Shown here: in pieces, positions 19,134 to 27,923 of the stretch
Position numbering within the stretch: the first letter of the stretch is position 1
Layout: the number at the start of each line of letters is the position of its first letter
From: Bacteroidetes bacterium GWA2_40_15
GTDB lineage: Bacteria > Bacteroidota > Bacteroidia > Bacteroidales > VadinHA17
DNA length: 64,000 nucleotides
Direction: 5' to 3'
Assembly: GCA_001768195.1 (NCBI GenBank)
Contig: MENI01000097.1
Span: 4,908-68,907 of the forward strand
The notes under the pieces: generated by a model
Databases searched by the model: none
Seen by the model: only the letters and a program-made list of their open reading frames with translations
What the model was told of the DNA's origin: nothing
Position numbers and translations under genes: made by a program

Positions 19134-19829
19134 ACTTAAAAATACAAAATAAAAATTGGAAAAAGTGATGTATTTTGTTTATATTTAAGTCGTTAACGCA
19201 AAAATCACAAACAAAAAAACATCACTTTAAAGATGAAAAATATAAAAAGAAAATAAAACGACCAAACAAAAGTTGTCAAAGCTTCATTTACAGGAAGTAA
19301 CATCACTAAATACGATGGACTGAATATGGTAGCAAAATACATGAATCGCCAAAACATCATAAGATCCATTAGCTCAACTTTTCCCATTGAGTGGCACAAT
19401 GCCACAAAGTTTTGTATCAACCCTGTTAAATCTGCCTTGCAGAATAGATTATTTAGCAGGATCAACCAGGTTTTGATGGCAATCACACTGGCCTCTATAA
19501 GTGGTATAGGTCAGATTTGTAGGATTGCCGCCTTTAGTTATAAGGCAAATGGATGGGACAAACCACGGGTATTTAAGGCCATGTGGATGGTAAAGGAATA
19601 GGTACGGGTTACCTATCTTGGACAGAAACGATATTACCGGTTTCCCAGTATGTTTGTTACATCAGCAGCTTTAATATGGATGCTATTGAATTGCATGAGC
19701 TTTACAAACAACGCTCTACCAGTGAGACATGGATTGAGCAGGTAAAAGGGCATGTGATGGCAGGGGAAACATTAACCTTGGCGAATTACGTTCCTTTAGC
19801 TCAAAAAATTCAATTTGAATATTTAAGTT
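19134..19829 (+). mobile_element. internally deleted IS remnant (IS4/IS1380-like DDE transposase fragments), copy 1
   Basis: The 88-nt left end 19134-19221 matches 22242-22329, with roughly ten mismatches by eye. The right end 19789-19829 matches 22578-22617. The termini are inverted (acttaaaaat.. vs ..atatttaagt). The broken frames include IELHELYKQRSTSETWIEQVKGHVMAGETLT. Confidence 0.7.
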
Positions 19830-19851
19830 TAACTCTTTATTTATATTTTCT

Positions 19852-22122
19852 ATGGATAACACGCTGATGAAATACAATCTGATTTTTGCATTATTCTTGA
19901 TGACCCTCTTGCTCACCGCCTGTACAAAGCAACCTGCGAAGATGGACGGGCGCGGCAAACCTGGATTTCGCGTTCGTTCCGACTTTGCTGCGACGTTAAA
20001 CTCTGAAGTAGGATGGGCTGGTGCACTGAATGAGAATGTTCCCATTTACGCAGACCAACCTTTCCGCATTCGATTTGAATTGGAGCGCCCTGCAGGACCA
20101 ACTAGTGGTCGGCAATTCCGGCTTCAGTACAGACTAAATAGCGGAGTCTGGACCAATGTCGAGGCACACGACTTCCCCCACCCGGAACGCTATATTAGTA
20201 TGAATTTTAAACAACTTGAGGCCGGCACGCAACCTGAGGGATGGACTGTTGTGAAGGGCAATTCCTCAGAATTGGTCGTAGTGACCGATAACCATCAGAA
20301 CGCTCTACGAGCCAAATCGGATAAAGAGCCGCTTGTATGGCTCTTCACCCCACCTTGGGAGGCTACAGAAATTGCATCTCAATTCCGATTGGCCCCTGAA
20401 AATCACCGCGGGATCGCGTTCGTTGTGGGCTATGCCGATATCAGTAACTACTGTCTCGTACAGCTCGAGCCTACACCTGGCACGATACGTGTGAGCCATA
20501 TTATTGATGGGATAGAAAGGATTCTCGTCGAGAGAACCACCGTTATTACTACTGGCCAATGGCTCGAAATCGAAATTGAAACCGAAAACCGCAGGATTGA
20601 AATTAATTTCCAGAATGATATGCTGGAAATGGATGTCAAGCTTGATACTGATATCCCGCACTCAAAACTTGGATTTCAGGTTCCGTCGAATAGTACAATC
20701 GATTTTCGGAAATTCTCCTTCAATGGAGAAGCCAAAACCCCGCGAATCAGTATAGTTACCTGCCCAGCCTACGAGCACGGCATGTCAACCAACGATCTGT
20801 TGAAAGGTTCGGCCGCACCATTCCAGGCTGGCACTGGTATTAGTTTCGTCGAATTTACGCCTGTATGGAGCGGCGCGAATGTTCATGGCGAGTTCGAATG
20901 GCCGGTGGTCATTCGCCGGTTTGCTGATGGGGCAGTGACCAACAATGAAGGTGATACATTCGAATTTAGGATGATCGACACTGAAGGAACCGCACTGGGA
21001 AATGAACATAATCCAGCACTCCGCCTGTCCATCCCGCTCGGCCATGTTGGCGGGACATTCGTAGAAACCCCTGGCCGGATCGGCCCTTGGCAGGCCTCCA
21101 ACGGAAATCTTTACTTCATCATGGAACCGACAGAGACGGATAATATGTTCATGATGATAAAGTCCACGGACAACGGACGTACCTGGTACGAAATGGATGG
21201 AGCAAACCGCCCCAGGACAAATGACCTCGAATCGGTTGACTCGCGACTATTGGATAACACGATTCATATTATTCACCAAGTGACCCAATCTGTGCGTTAT
21301 CATACTTTCCGTACGTCTGATCATCCAACCCACCCTGATACCTGGGCTATCCGGGACGAGTTGGCTGGATCCGTGAACGCCATCGCCCAGAATGCGTCGA
21401 TGGTAGTGCGCTCAGACGGAAGCATAGTCGCGTTTTATCTTGGTACAGAAAAAATACATTACAGTATACGCTCGCCCGAAGGCACATGGAGCCAGGTAAA
21501 AACACTTGATCTCGACCTTCAACCCAACCAGGCTGGGCCACAAGCAGTGCTCGGTGCAAACGACATTATTCATCTCGCCTATTATGGAACCGATGGCACC
21601 ATCTGGTATCGACGGTTTCTTCCCGATGGTACCTTCACGTCAAGGCAACAGGTAGCGACAGGTGCCGGGACTTCAAGGGCGGAATATGGCGCAGTGCTTC
21701 CACTTCTCTTTATTCCCCACAAGAATGAGGTCGTCATTATTTATCGGCTCTTAAGCGGGAACCTTTGGGAACGACGGATTGTAAATGATGCCCCGCCTAC
21801 GGATGCAGTCATGGTAACCGATCTAAGGGTGGTCACCGACGCCGTCGACTCACATCAAGCCGGTGCCGATGCTGCCATCGACGGCGAGACAGTGTATGCG
21901 ATTTTCATTGCTGAGTCTTCCCGAAGCATCCTCAGCACGCACGACAATGGTGGATGGCAACCTCCGAAGCTCCGGGTCGACAACATACTTGGATCGTGGG
22001 TCCGTGGAAACGTATACACCCGCAAAGATGGCATGAGAGTATATGGATACATCTATGATGCGGGCTCCGATGGCGGTACAGGCATGAATCGATTCAGTGA
22101 GCTTGTATTGAACGGCAGATGA
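19852..22122 (+). CDS. lipoprotein with ConA/LamG-like (DUF1080-like) middle region and BNR/Asp-box beta-propeller-like C-terminal half
   Basis: 756 aa with lipobox LLLTAC. Canonical Asp-box STDNGRTW at nt 21163-21186. The middle string GWTVVKGN..ALRAK..GIAFVVGY is jelly-roll-like. G+C and CG-dinucleotide content are visibly higher than in the flanks. Confidence 0.55.
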   Translation: MDNTLMKYNLIFALFLMTLLLTACTKQPAKMDGRGKPGFRVRSDFAATLNSEVGWAGALNENVPIYADQPFRIRFELERPAGPTSGRQFRLQYRLNSGVWTNVEAHDFPHPERYISMNFKQLEAGTQPEGWTVVKGNSSELVVVTDNHQNALRAKSDKEPLVWLFTPPWEATEIASQFRLAPENHRGIAFVVGYADISNYCLVQLEPTPGTIRVSHIIDGIERILVERTTVITTGQWLEIEIETENRRIEINFQNDMLEMDVKLDTDIPHSKLGFQVPSNSTIDFRKFSFNGEAKTPRISIVTCPAYEHGMSTNDLLKGSAAPFQAGTGISFVEFTPVWSGANVHGEFEWPVVIRRFADGAVTNNEGDTFEFRMIDTEGTALGNEHNPALRLSIPLGHVGGTFVETPGRIGPWQASNGNLYFIMEPTETDNMFMMIKSTDNGRTWYEMDGANRPRTNDLESVDSRLLDNTIHIIHQVTQSVRYHTFRTSDHPTHPDTWAIRDELAGSVNAIAQNASMVVRSDGSIVAFYLGTEKIHYSIRSPEGTWSQVKTLDLDLQPNQAGPQAVLGANDIIHLAYYGTDGTIWYRRFLPDGTFTSRQQVATGAGTSRAEYGAVLPLLFIPHKNEVVIIYRLLSGNLWERRIVNDAPPTDAVMVTDLRVVTDAVDSHQAGADAAIDGETVYAIFIAESSRSILSTHDNGGWQPPKLRVDNILGSWVRGNVYTRKDGMRVYGYIYDAGSDGGTGMNRFSELVLNGR

Positions 22123-22241
22123 AGTAAACTCCGGTGATTAGGCCGCCGAATTCGAAAAGCCAGATATGAGCTTCAAATAGAGGCGTAAAAATGATACAAA
22201 ATCACTCTAACTATTCGTGCTGTATCGCAAATTAAGATAAC

Positions 22242-22617
22242 ACTTAAAAATGTAAAATAAAAATTAGAAAAGGTGATGTATTATGTTTATATTTAAGTTG
22301 TTAACCTATAAATCACAAACAAAAAAACAACCACCAGCCGGAGGGTGCACCAGAAGAAAAATAGATTTACAAAGCAGGAACATCGCTGTTTTATTGAGTG
22401 GTTTATTGCCGTACCTGCAAAGATAACCAGAAACGGGCATCAAACAGAACTTAAAATGAATGAATATCAATTTTATAAAGCCGAATGGGAGGAGCTTGAC
22501 AGGCTCATTTAAACGGCATAAAAAGAAAGAAAGGAGGTAAATATGAGAACCAACACGAGAGTGTATGGACGAAGTACGATCCGTTAGCTCAAAAAAATCA
22601 ATTTGGATTTTTAAGTT
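22242..22617 (+). mobile_element. internally deleted IS remnant, copy 2 (same family and orientation as copy 1)
   Basis: It shares both ends with copy 1. The internal frame FIEWFIAVPAKITRNGHQTELKMNEYQFYKAEWEELDRLI* resembles the extreme C-terminus of IS4/IS1380-type transposases. At about 376 bp it is too short to be autonomous. Confidence 0.65.
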
Positions 22618-22742
22618 ATAAAATTACTGTTTTATATTATAACAATCTGTAACTGGTTTTGTCAGTTTTTATTGTGAAAATAATCACACTATGTTTCTTG
22701 TGAGAGATATTTGCATATCTTAAGCCTCAAATTTTTTAAATT

Positions 22743-24269
22743 ATGAAGAGATTTCTCTTATGGTTTTTACCGGGACTGATTGTAGGCGTTTTGCTGATAC
22801 TTGGTGGGGGTAAGGCAATAGATACAACTTCATCAAATGACTTTTGCATGTCGTGCCATATTCACCCCCTGGCCGATGCAGCCTGGAAGAAGTCAGTTCA
22901 TTATGATACGAAGTCAGGATCGCGGATCGGATGTGTTGAGTGCCATCTTCCTCCTAAAGGCGATAATTATTTATGGGCAAAAGCTACTACAGGATTAAGG
23001 GATCTTTGGAGCTATTGGACCAAGGACTCTGCATCGTTTAACTGGGAAGAGCGCGGAAGACTTGAAATTGCCAGGGGGCATGTTTTTGAGAGCAGCTGTA
23101 CTAAATGTCATGTGAACCTTTTCCCTGCGAAGCTTACAAAGGAAGGGGAGAATGCACATCTCTATTATACCCAGACAAAAAAGACCGATGAGCTTCACTG
23201 TATAAATTGTCATCTGAATGCAGGGCATCATATTGAAGGGTATACCCATGGAAGCAATGCAACTTTCGGAGCTACTTCTGCTGCGCCAAAAGAGATCTTT
23301 ACCGTACCTGCAGAAGTATCAGAATTCATAAATTACACCGAGAAGATACCCGGCTCTTCAGTTGCTTTCAATATGGTGGCTGTTCCGGGAGGTAAATTCA
23401 GAATTGGCAGTCCTGATGATGAACCATTCAGGAAGCCTGACGAAGGACCGAAACGTGAGGTGGAGATCAGCCCTTTCTTTATGGCCGAAATTGAAGTCAC
23501 CTGGGATGAATATCTTGCATTCTATGTACAGACTGCTGCAGAAGGTCGAACGACTGATACTGAGGGAACAAGAAAAATAAAGTCTGATAAGACCGATGCA
23601 ATTTCCGGAGCAACTCCTCCCTACGGACAACCCGATCAGGGATGGGGAATGGGAAGACGCCCTGCTATATCCTTCTCTTATCATGCCGCAGAAACATATT
23701 GTAAATGGCTTAGTTCCGTTTCCGGGAAAACTTACCGTCTGCCTACTGAAGCGGAATGGGAATATGCCTGCAGGGCAGGTTCTGATGGCCCATATTTCTT
23801 CCCCGGAGATCCAAATAAATTTCAAAAGACAGGACTGAAGGCTAAGCTCTCCAAAAACGATACTGCAGTTATAAATACATACGTTGTATATAAAGCAAAC
23901 AGCTTATCCAAGACGCAACCACCCGACAGAGCAAAACCCAATCCTTTCGGCCTGAGAAACATGCCGGGAAATGTTGCCGAATTCTGCTCAGACTGGTATC
24001 AGCCCGATGCCTATTCACTATATCCTGATGGGGTTGTGAAGGATCCGAAAGGACCTGATAGCGGTGATGAACATGTTGTAAGAGGGGGTTCATTCCAGAG
24101 CACTGCAGATGTTCTGAGAAGTGCGGCCCGCGATTATACCCGTACAGAAGCATGGCTGAAAACCGACCCTCAGATGCCAAAGAGCATCTGGTGGTACTCC
24201 GACTGTTTCAATGTTGGTTTCAGGGTAGTATGCGAGTTTGATGAGAAAACAGGAAATGTTTCACCATGA
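22743..24269 (+). CDS. membrane-anchored NapC/NirT-type tetrahaem cytochrome c fused to an FGE/SUMF1 (formylglycine-generating-enzyme-like) domain
   Basis: N-terminal TM helix. Four CxxCH motifs (CMSCH, CVECH, CTKCH, CINCH) within the first ~170 aa. The C-terminal ~300 aa carry FGE-sulfatase patterns (MVAVPGGKFRIGS, YRLPTEAEWEYACRAG, GNVAEFCSDWY, RGGSF). Confidence 0.8.
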   Translation: MKRFLLWFLPGLIVGVLLILGGGKAIDTTSSNDFCMSCHIHPLADAAWKKSVHYDTKSGSRIGCVECHLPPKGDNYLWAKATTGLRDLWSYWTKDSASFNWEERGRLEIARGHVFESSCTKCHVNLFPAKLTKEGENAHLYYTQTKKTDELHCINCHLNAGHHIEGYTHGSNATFGATSAAPKEIFTVPAEVSEFINYTEKIPGSSVAFNMVAVPGGKFRIGSPDDEPFRKPDEGPKREVEISPFFMAEIEVTWDEYLAFYVQTAAEGRTTDTEGTRKIKSDKTDAISGATPPYGQPDQGWGMGRRPAISFSYHAAETYCKWLSSVSGKTYRLPTEAEWEYACRAGSDGPYFFPGDPNKFQKTGLKAKLSKNDTAVINTYVVYKANSLSKTQPPDRAKPNPFGLRNMPGNVAEFCSDWYQPDAYSLYPDGVVKDPKGPDSGDEHVVRGGSFQSTADVLRSAARDYTRTEAWLKTDPQMPKSIWWYSDCFNVGFRVVCEFDEKTGNVSP

Positions 24270-24397
24270 AACCACATCATTAAATAGTTAAAAAACCTTA
24301 ACCTTCAGTATAATATTATATTTTATTATTTATATTTACAGAGGTTCAACCAAATTGCAGACTAATAATTCTTTTCATAAAACCTAACCTTATCAGT

Positions 24398-25744
24398 ATG
24401 AAAAAATTCAGCATTTCAAGACGTAATTTTCTTGGTAAAGCAGCAACAGCAGGTGTAGCAGGTATTGTGGTTCCATCAATCATTGCAGGCTGTTCACGCG
24501 AAAGTAAAAAGGTCGTTGCTGTTCCGACAATGCTTGACCAGGCTCCTGACGGGCCGGTGTTAAAAGCAGGTGTGATAGGTTGCGGCGGACGTGGAACCGG
24601 CGCTGCTATTAACTTTCTGAGTGCCGGCCCGAGTCTGCAGGTTACTGCATTGGCCGACACATTCCAGGATCGGGTTGATTCCTGCCGGGAAGCTATAAAG
24701 AAAGAAAAGGGACAGGATGTTCCCATTGAAAATTGCTTTGTTGGTTTCGATGCTTACCAGAAAGTAATTGATTCAGGAGTTGATATTGTAATTCTTGCCA
24801 CTCCTCCATATTTTCGTCCTGAGCACCTTGCTGCCTGCGTCCAGGCCAAGAAGCATATCTTTGCTGAAAAACCTGTTTGTGTTGATCCTGTTGGCGCAAG
24901 GTCAGTCATGGCAACTGCCCAGAAAGCAAAAGGACTTGAACTGAGCATTGCAACAGGTACCCAGAGGAGGCATCAGCGCGACTATGTTGCTACTTGGCAG
25001 CAGGTTGCACAGGGACTCATCGGGGATATCGTTGGAGGAACAGTATACTGGAATGGCGGCAAGCTATGGCATCGCGATCCAAACCCGAAATGGAGCGAAA
25101 TGGAATACATGATACGTAACTGGGTGAACTGGACCTGGCTTTCCGGCGATCACATTGTGGAACAGCATGTTCATAACCTCGATGTACTGAACTGGTTTAC
25201 AGGGTCACACCCGGTTAAAGCTGTTGGTTTCGGATCAAGGCTCAGAAGGGTGACAGGTGATCAGTATGATAATTTCAGTATAGACTATACCTTTGAAAAT
25301 GGAATTCATGCTCACAGCATGTGCAGGCAGATAAACGGCTGTGTCAACAACGTATCCGAAAGATTACAGGGAGCAAAAGGCTCCACAAACTGCAGGAACG
25401 TGGTTCTCGACTTAACCGGAAATGAACTCTGGAAGTACGGGTATCCGCTTGATAAAGACAGCAAACCAACCAACAATGTAAGCGTTGATCCTTATGTTCA
25501 GGAACATATCAACCTGGTTACCGCCATTCGCAGCGGTCAGGCATTCAACGAACTGGAAAACACCGCCATCTCAACTATGGTTGGCATTATGGGACGCATA
25601 TCGGCCTATACAGGCAAGGAGACAACTTACGAAGAGATGATGAACTCCGACCTTAAGCTTGGGCCTGAAGTATTTGATTTTGGACCTGTTAACATCCCTA
25701 AGGAAGTACCGGTCGCCGGTCTTCCATACGTTCCCGGGCAGTAA
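24398..25744 (+). CDS. Tat-exported Gfo/Idh/MocA-family oxidoreductase (probable lipoprotein)
   Basis: Twin-arginine leader SRRNFLGKAATAGVAG followed by IIAGCS. Rossmann motif VIGCGGRGTG and the EKP motif (FAEKPV). Confidence 0.8.
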   Translation: MKKFSISRRNFLGKAATAGVAGIVVPSIIAGCSRESKKVVAVPTMLDQAPDGPVLKAGVIGCGGRGTGAAINFLSAGPSLQVTALADTFQDRVDSCREAIKKEKGQDVPIENCFVGFDAYQKVIDSGVDIVILATPPYFRPEHLAACVQAKKHIFAEKPVCVDPVGARSVMATAQKAKGLELSIATGTQRRHQRDYVATWQQVAQGLIGDIVGGTVYWNGGKLWHRDPNPKWSEMEYMIRNWVNWTWLSGDHIVEQHVHNLDVLNWFTGSHPVKAVGFGSRLRRVTGDQYDNFSIDYTFENGIHAHSMCRQINGCVNNVSERLQGAKGSTNCRNVVLDLTGNELWKYGYPLDKDSKPTNNVSVDPYVQEHINLVTAIRSGQAFNELENTAISTMVGIMGRISAYTGKETTYEEMMNSDLKLGPEVFDFGPVNIPKEVPVAGLPYVPGQ

Positions 25745-25786
25745 CAAACAGTCGGTTTTAGATGATATAACCAATAAGATTCTGTT

Positions 25787-26737
25787 ATGATAGATTCAAG
25801 AAGGAATTTCATAAAAAGAGCCACATTAGCAGGAGCCGCCATTTTGGCTGCTCCTGCAGTTTTTGGATCCCAGGACGGGAAGAAGAAAACCAAAGCAAAA
25901 ACCCCCGATGCGGTTACACCATTCAAACTGAAGTATGCACCTTCAGTAGGGATGTTCCGCGAACATGCAGGCAATGATATTATCGATAATATCAAATTCT
26001 GTAATGACATGGGTTTCAGAGCCATGTTCGATAACGGGCTTATGGGTCGTTCTCCTGAAGACCAGGTAAAGTATCTGAGTGAGCTGCAGCGGTTAGGGAT
26101 GGACTTTGGGCCATTCGTCCTTTACGCCGATTTTTCAGTTACCTCATTTGTACTTAACAAGCCTGAGACACGTGAAATGCTCATCAATAAGATGAAAGAG
26201 GGTGTTGAGGTTTCAAAAAGGACCGGGGCAAAGCAGGCTCTTGTTGTTCCCGGAAGATATGATGAAAAGCTTGACCGCGATTTTCAGACTGCTAACGTGA
26301 TCGATAACCTGAGGTACTGTTGTGATATCGTTGAACCGGCAGGACTGACAATTGTACTGGAACCTCTCAATACCCTGAGGGATCATCCGGGTCTGTTCCT
26401 TACAGGAGTGCCGCAGACTTATTCAATTTGCAGGGCAGTGAACCGCCCCTCATGCAAAATAAACCTGGATTTATATCATCAGCAGATAACAGAGGGAAAT
26501 CTGATTCCGAACCTGGATGCTGCATGGAGCGAGATAGGAGCATTGCATTGTGGCGATAATCCTGGCAGGATGGAGCCAACAACCGGAGAGATAAACTATA
26601 AGAATGTTTTTAAGTTTATCTATCAGAAAGGCTACCAGGGAGTTATATGTATGGAGCACGGCATGAAAAACAGGACAAAGGAGGGAGAGGCAAGAGTTAT
26701 AGAGGCTTACCGTGAATGCGATAGTTTCGAAGTGTAA
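25787..26737 (+). CDS. Tat-signal xylose-isomerase-like TIM-barrel protein (sugar phosphate isomerase/epimerase family)
   Basis: Leader SRRNFIKRATLAGAAILAAPAVFG. The body resembles the hydroxypyruvate isomerase/AP_endonuc_2 fold (VLEPLN.., DLYHQQ). Confidence 0.7.
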   Translation: MIDSRRNFIKRATLAGAAILAAPAVFGSQDGKKKTKAKTPDAVTPFKLKYAPSVGMFREHAGNDIIDNIKFCNDMGFRAMFDNGLMGRSPEDQVKYLSELQRLGMDFGPFVLYADFSVTSFVLNKPETREMLINKMKEGVEVSKRTGAKQALVVPGRYDEKLDRDFQTANVIDNLRYCCDIVEPAGLTIVLEPLNTLRDHPGLFLTGVPQTYSICRAVNRPSCKINLDLYHQQITEGNLIPNLDAAWSEIGALHCGDNPGRMEPTTGEINYKNVFKFIYQKGYQGVICMEHGMKNRTKEGEARVIEAYRECDSFEV

Positions 26738-26758
26738 CTGATAACATTAAAACTAAAA

Positions 26759-27877
26759 ATGAAAAAGATTTTATATTTCGGACTGGTGCTGTTATTAGCA
26801 GTCTTGTTTTCAGATGCTGCCAATTGCCAGCTTTCCCGGCTCTATGTCGGAAAATATGCTAAGGAAGGCGAAAAAGGGCTTCACATAATTGATGTTGATC
26901 TTTCGAAGGGGACCTTTACCACAGTTTCAGAGTCGGATGCAGGTACAAATCCATCTTACTTTTGTATCTCAAAGAAAAGAAGCCTCATTTATGCTGTAAA
27001 TGAAGTCGGCAGGATAAAAGATGTGCGGGCGGGAAGCGTTTCTACTCTCCGCTTCGATGCAAAAAACGGGAAAACTGAAAAACTGAATGAAATTTCAGTT
27101 CCTAACGGAGGACCATGCTATATCTCTTTATCTGCTGATGAAGGCTTCCTCCTGGTAGCCAATTACGGAGGTGGTTCTGTAGCAGTTGTAAGGCTTGATG
27201 CAAACGGAATCCCCTTTGAAGTGAGCGATACAATAATATATAAAGGAGAGGAGGGCACTCGCTCCCGTGGCCATATGATAGCTCCCGGTTTAGGTGGGAA
27301 GAAGATATATGTGACTGACCTCGGCCTCGACAGGGTTGCAGTATATGACCTTGATCCAGTTTCAGGAAAGCTGAAGCTTATAAATAATGGATATGCAAAG
27401 CTTGCAAAAGGAGCAGGCCCGCGTCATTTTGCTTTCGGGAAAGACGGCACCAGAATGTATGTAATTAATGAGCTTAATTCAACCATGACTGTTTTTAATG
27501 TCGGTAACTCAGGGGAACTGAATGAAATACAGACACTTTCCACTCTCCCTGAAGGCTTCTCAGGAAAGAATTTCTGTGCCGATGTCCATGTAGCCGGGAA
27601 TGGTAAATATGTTTATGGTTCAAACAGAGGTCATAACTCTATCGTGACATATAAGGTCGGACCTGAAGGGAAACTCACTCTTGTTGGTCACACTTCATGC
27701 GGAGGAGACTGGCCGCGTAATTTTGTTCTCGATCCTTCAGGAAAATACCTTATAGCCGGAAATCAAAACTCCGGAAATATTTCACTTTTCAGCCTTGATA
27801 AAAAAACAGGACTTCCTCAGCTTCCATCAAAGGATTTTAAGATAGAATCCCCTTCATGCCTGAAGTTTATTGAGTAA
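26759..27877 (+). CDS. secreted 7-bladed beta-propeller lactonase (6-phosphogluconolactonase/YbhE-like family)
   Basis: Signal peptide, then repeated motifs NPSYF.., VANYGGGSVAV, GAGPRHFAF and GSNRGHNSI typical of Pfam Lactonase. Confidence 0.75.
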   Translation: MKKILYFGLVLLLAVLFSDAANCQLSRLYVGKYAKEGEKGLHIIDVDLSKGTFTTVSESDAGTNPSYFCISKKRSLIYAVNEVGRIKDVRAGSVSTLRFDAKNGKTEKLNEISVPNGGPCYISLSADEGFLLVANYGGGSVAVVRLDANGIPFEVSDTIIYKGEEGTRSRGHMIAPGLGGKKIYVTDLGLDRVAVYDLDPVSGKLKLINNGYAKLAKGAGPRHFAFGKDGTRMYVINELNSTMTVFNVGNSGELNEIQTLSTLPEGFSGKNFCADVHVAGNGKYVYGSNRGHNSIVTYKVGPEGKLTLVGHTSCGGDWPRNFVLDPSGKYLIAGNQNSGNISLFSLDKKTGLPQLPSKDFKIESPSCLKFIE

Positions 27878-27886
27878 TTAACCTGT

Positions 27887-27906
27887 CCCCCTTCTGCAAG
27901 AGGGGG
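27887..27906 (+). terminator. intra-cluster GC hairpin (ccccct-tctgca-agaggggg)
   Basis: Read from the sequence between the lactonase stop and the next start. No T-run, so it could be an attenuator or a REP-like element. Confidence 0.25.
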
Positions 27907-27923
27907 TATGATACATATTAGAT

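Noticed and set aside
19326-19867. ORFs 19326-19601 and 19583-19867 as an intact transposase gene.
   Set aside because: The frames are short, mutually shifted and interrupted by stops. Only fragments of a DDE-transposase C-terminal region are recognisable. I treated them as part of a decayed IS copy, not as functional CDS.
24346-24726. A 126-aa minus-strand ORF overlapping the start of the Gfo/Idh/MocA gene.
   Set aside because: It is Pro/Ala-rich and antisense to a strongly supported Tat-leader and Rossmann region. It is a shadow ORF.
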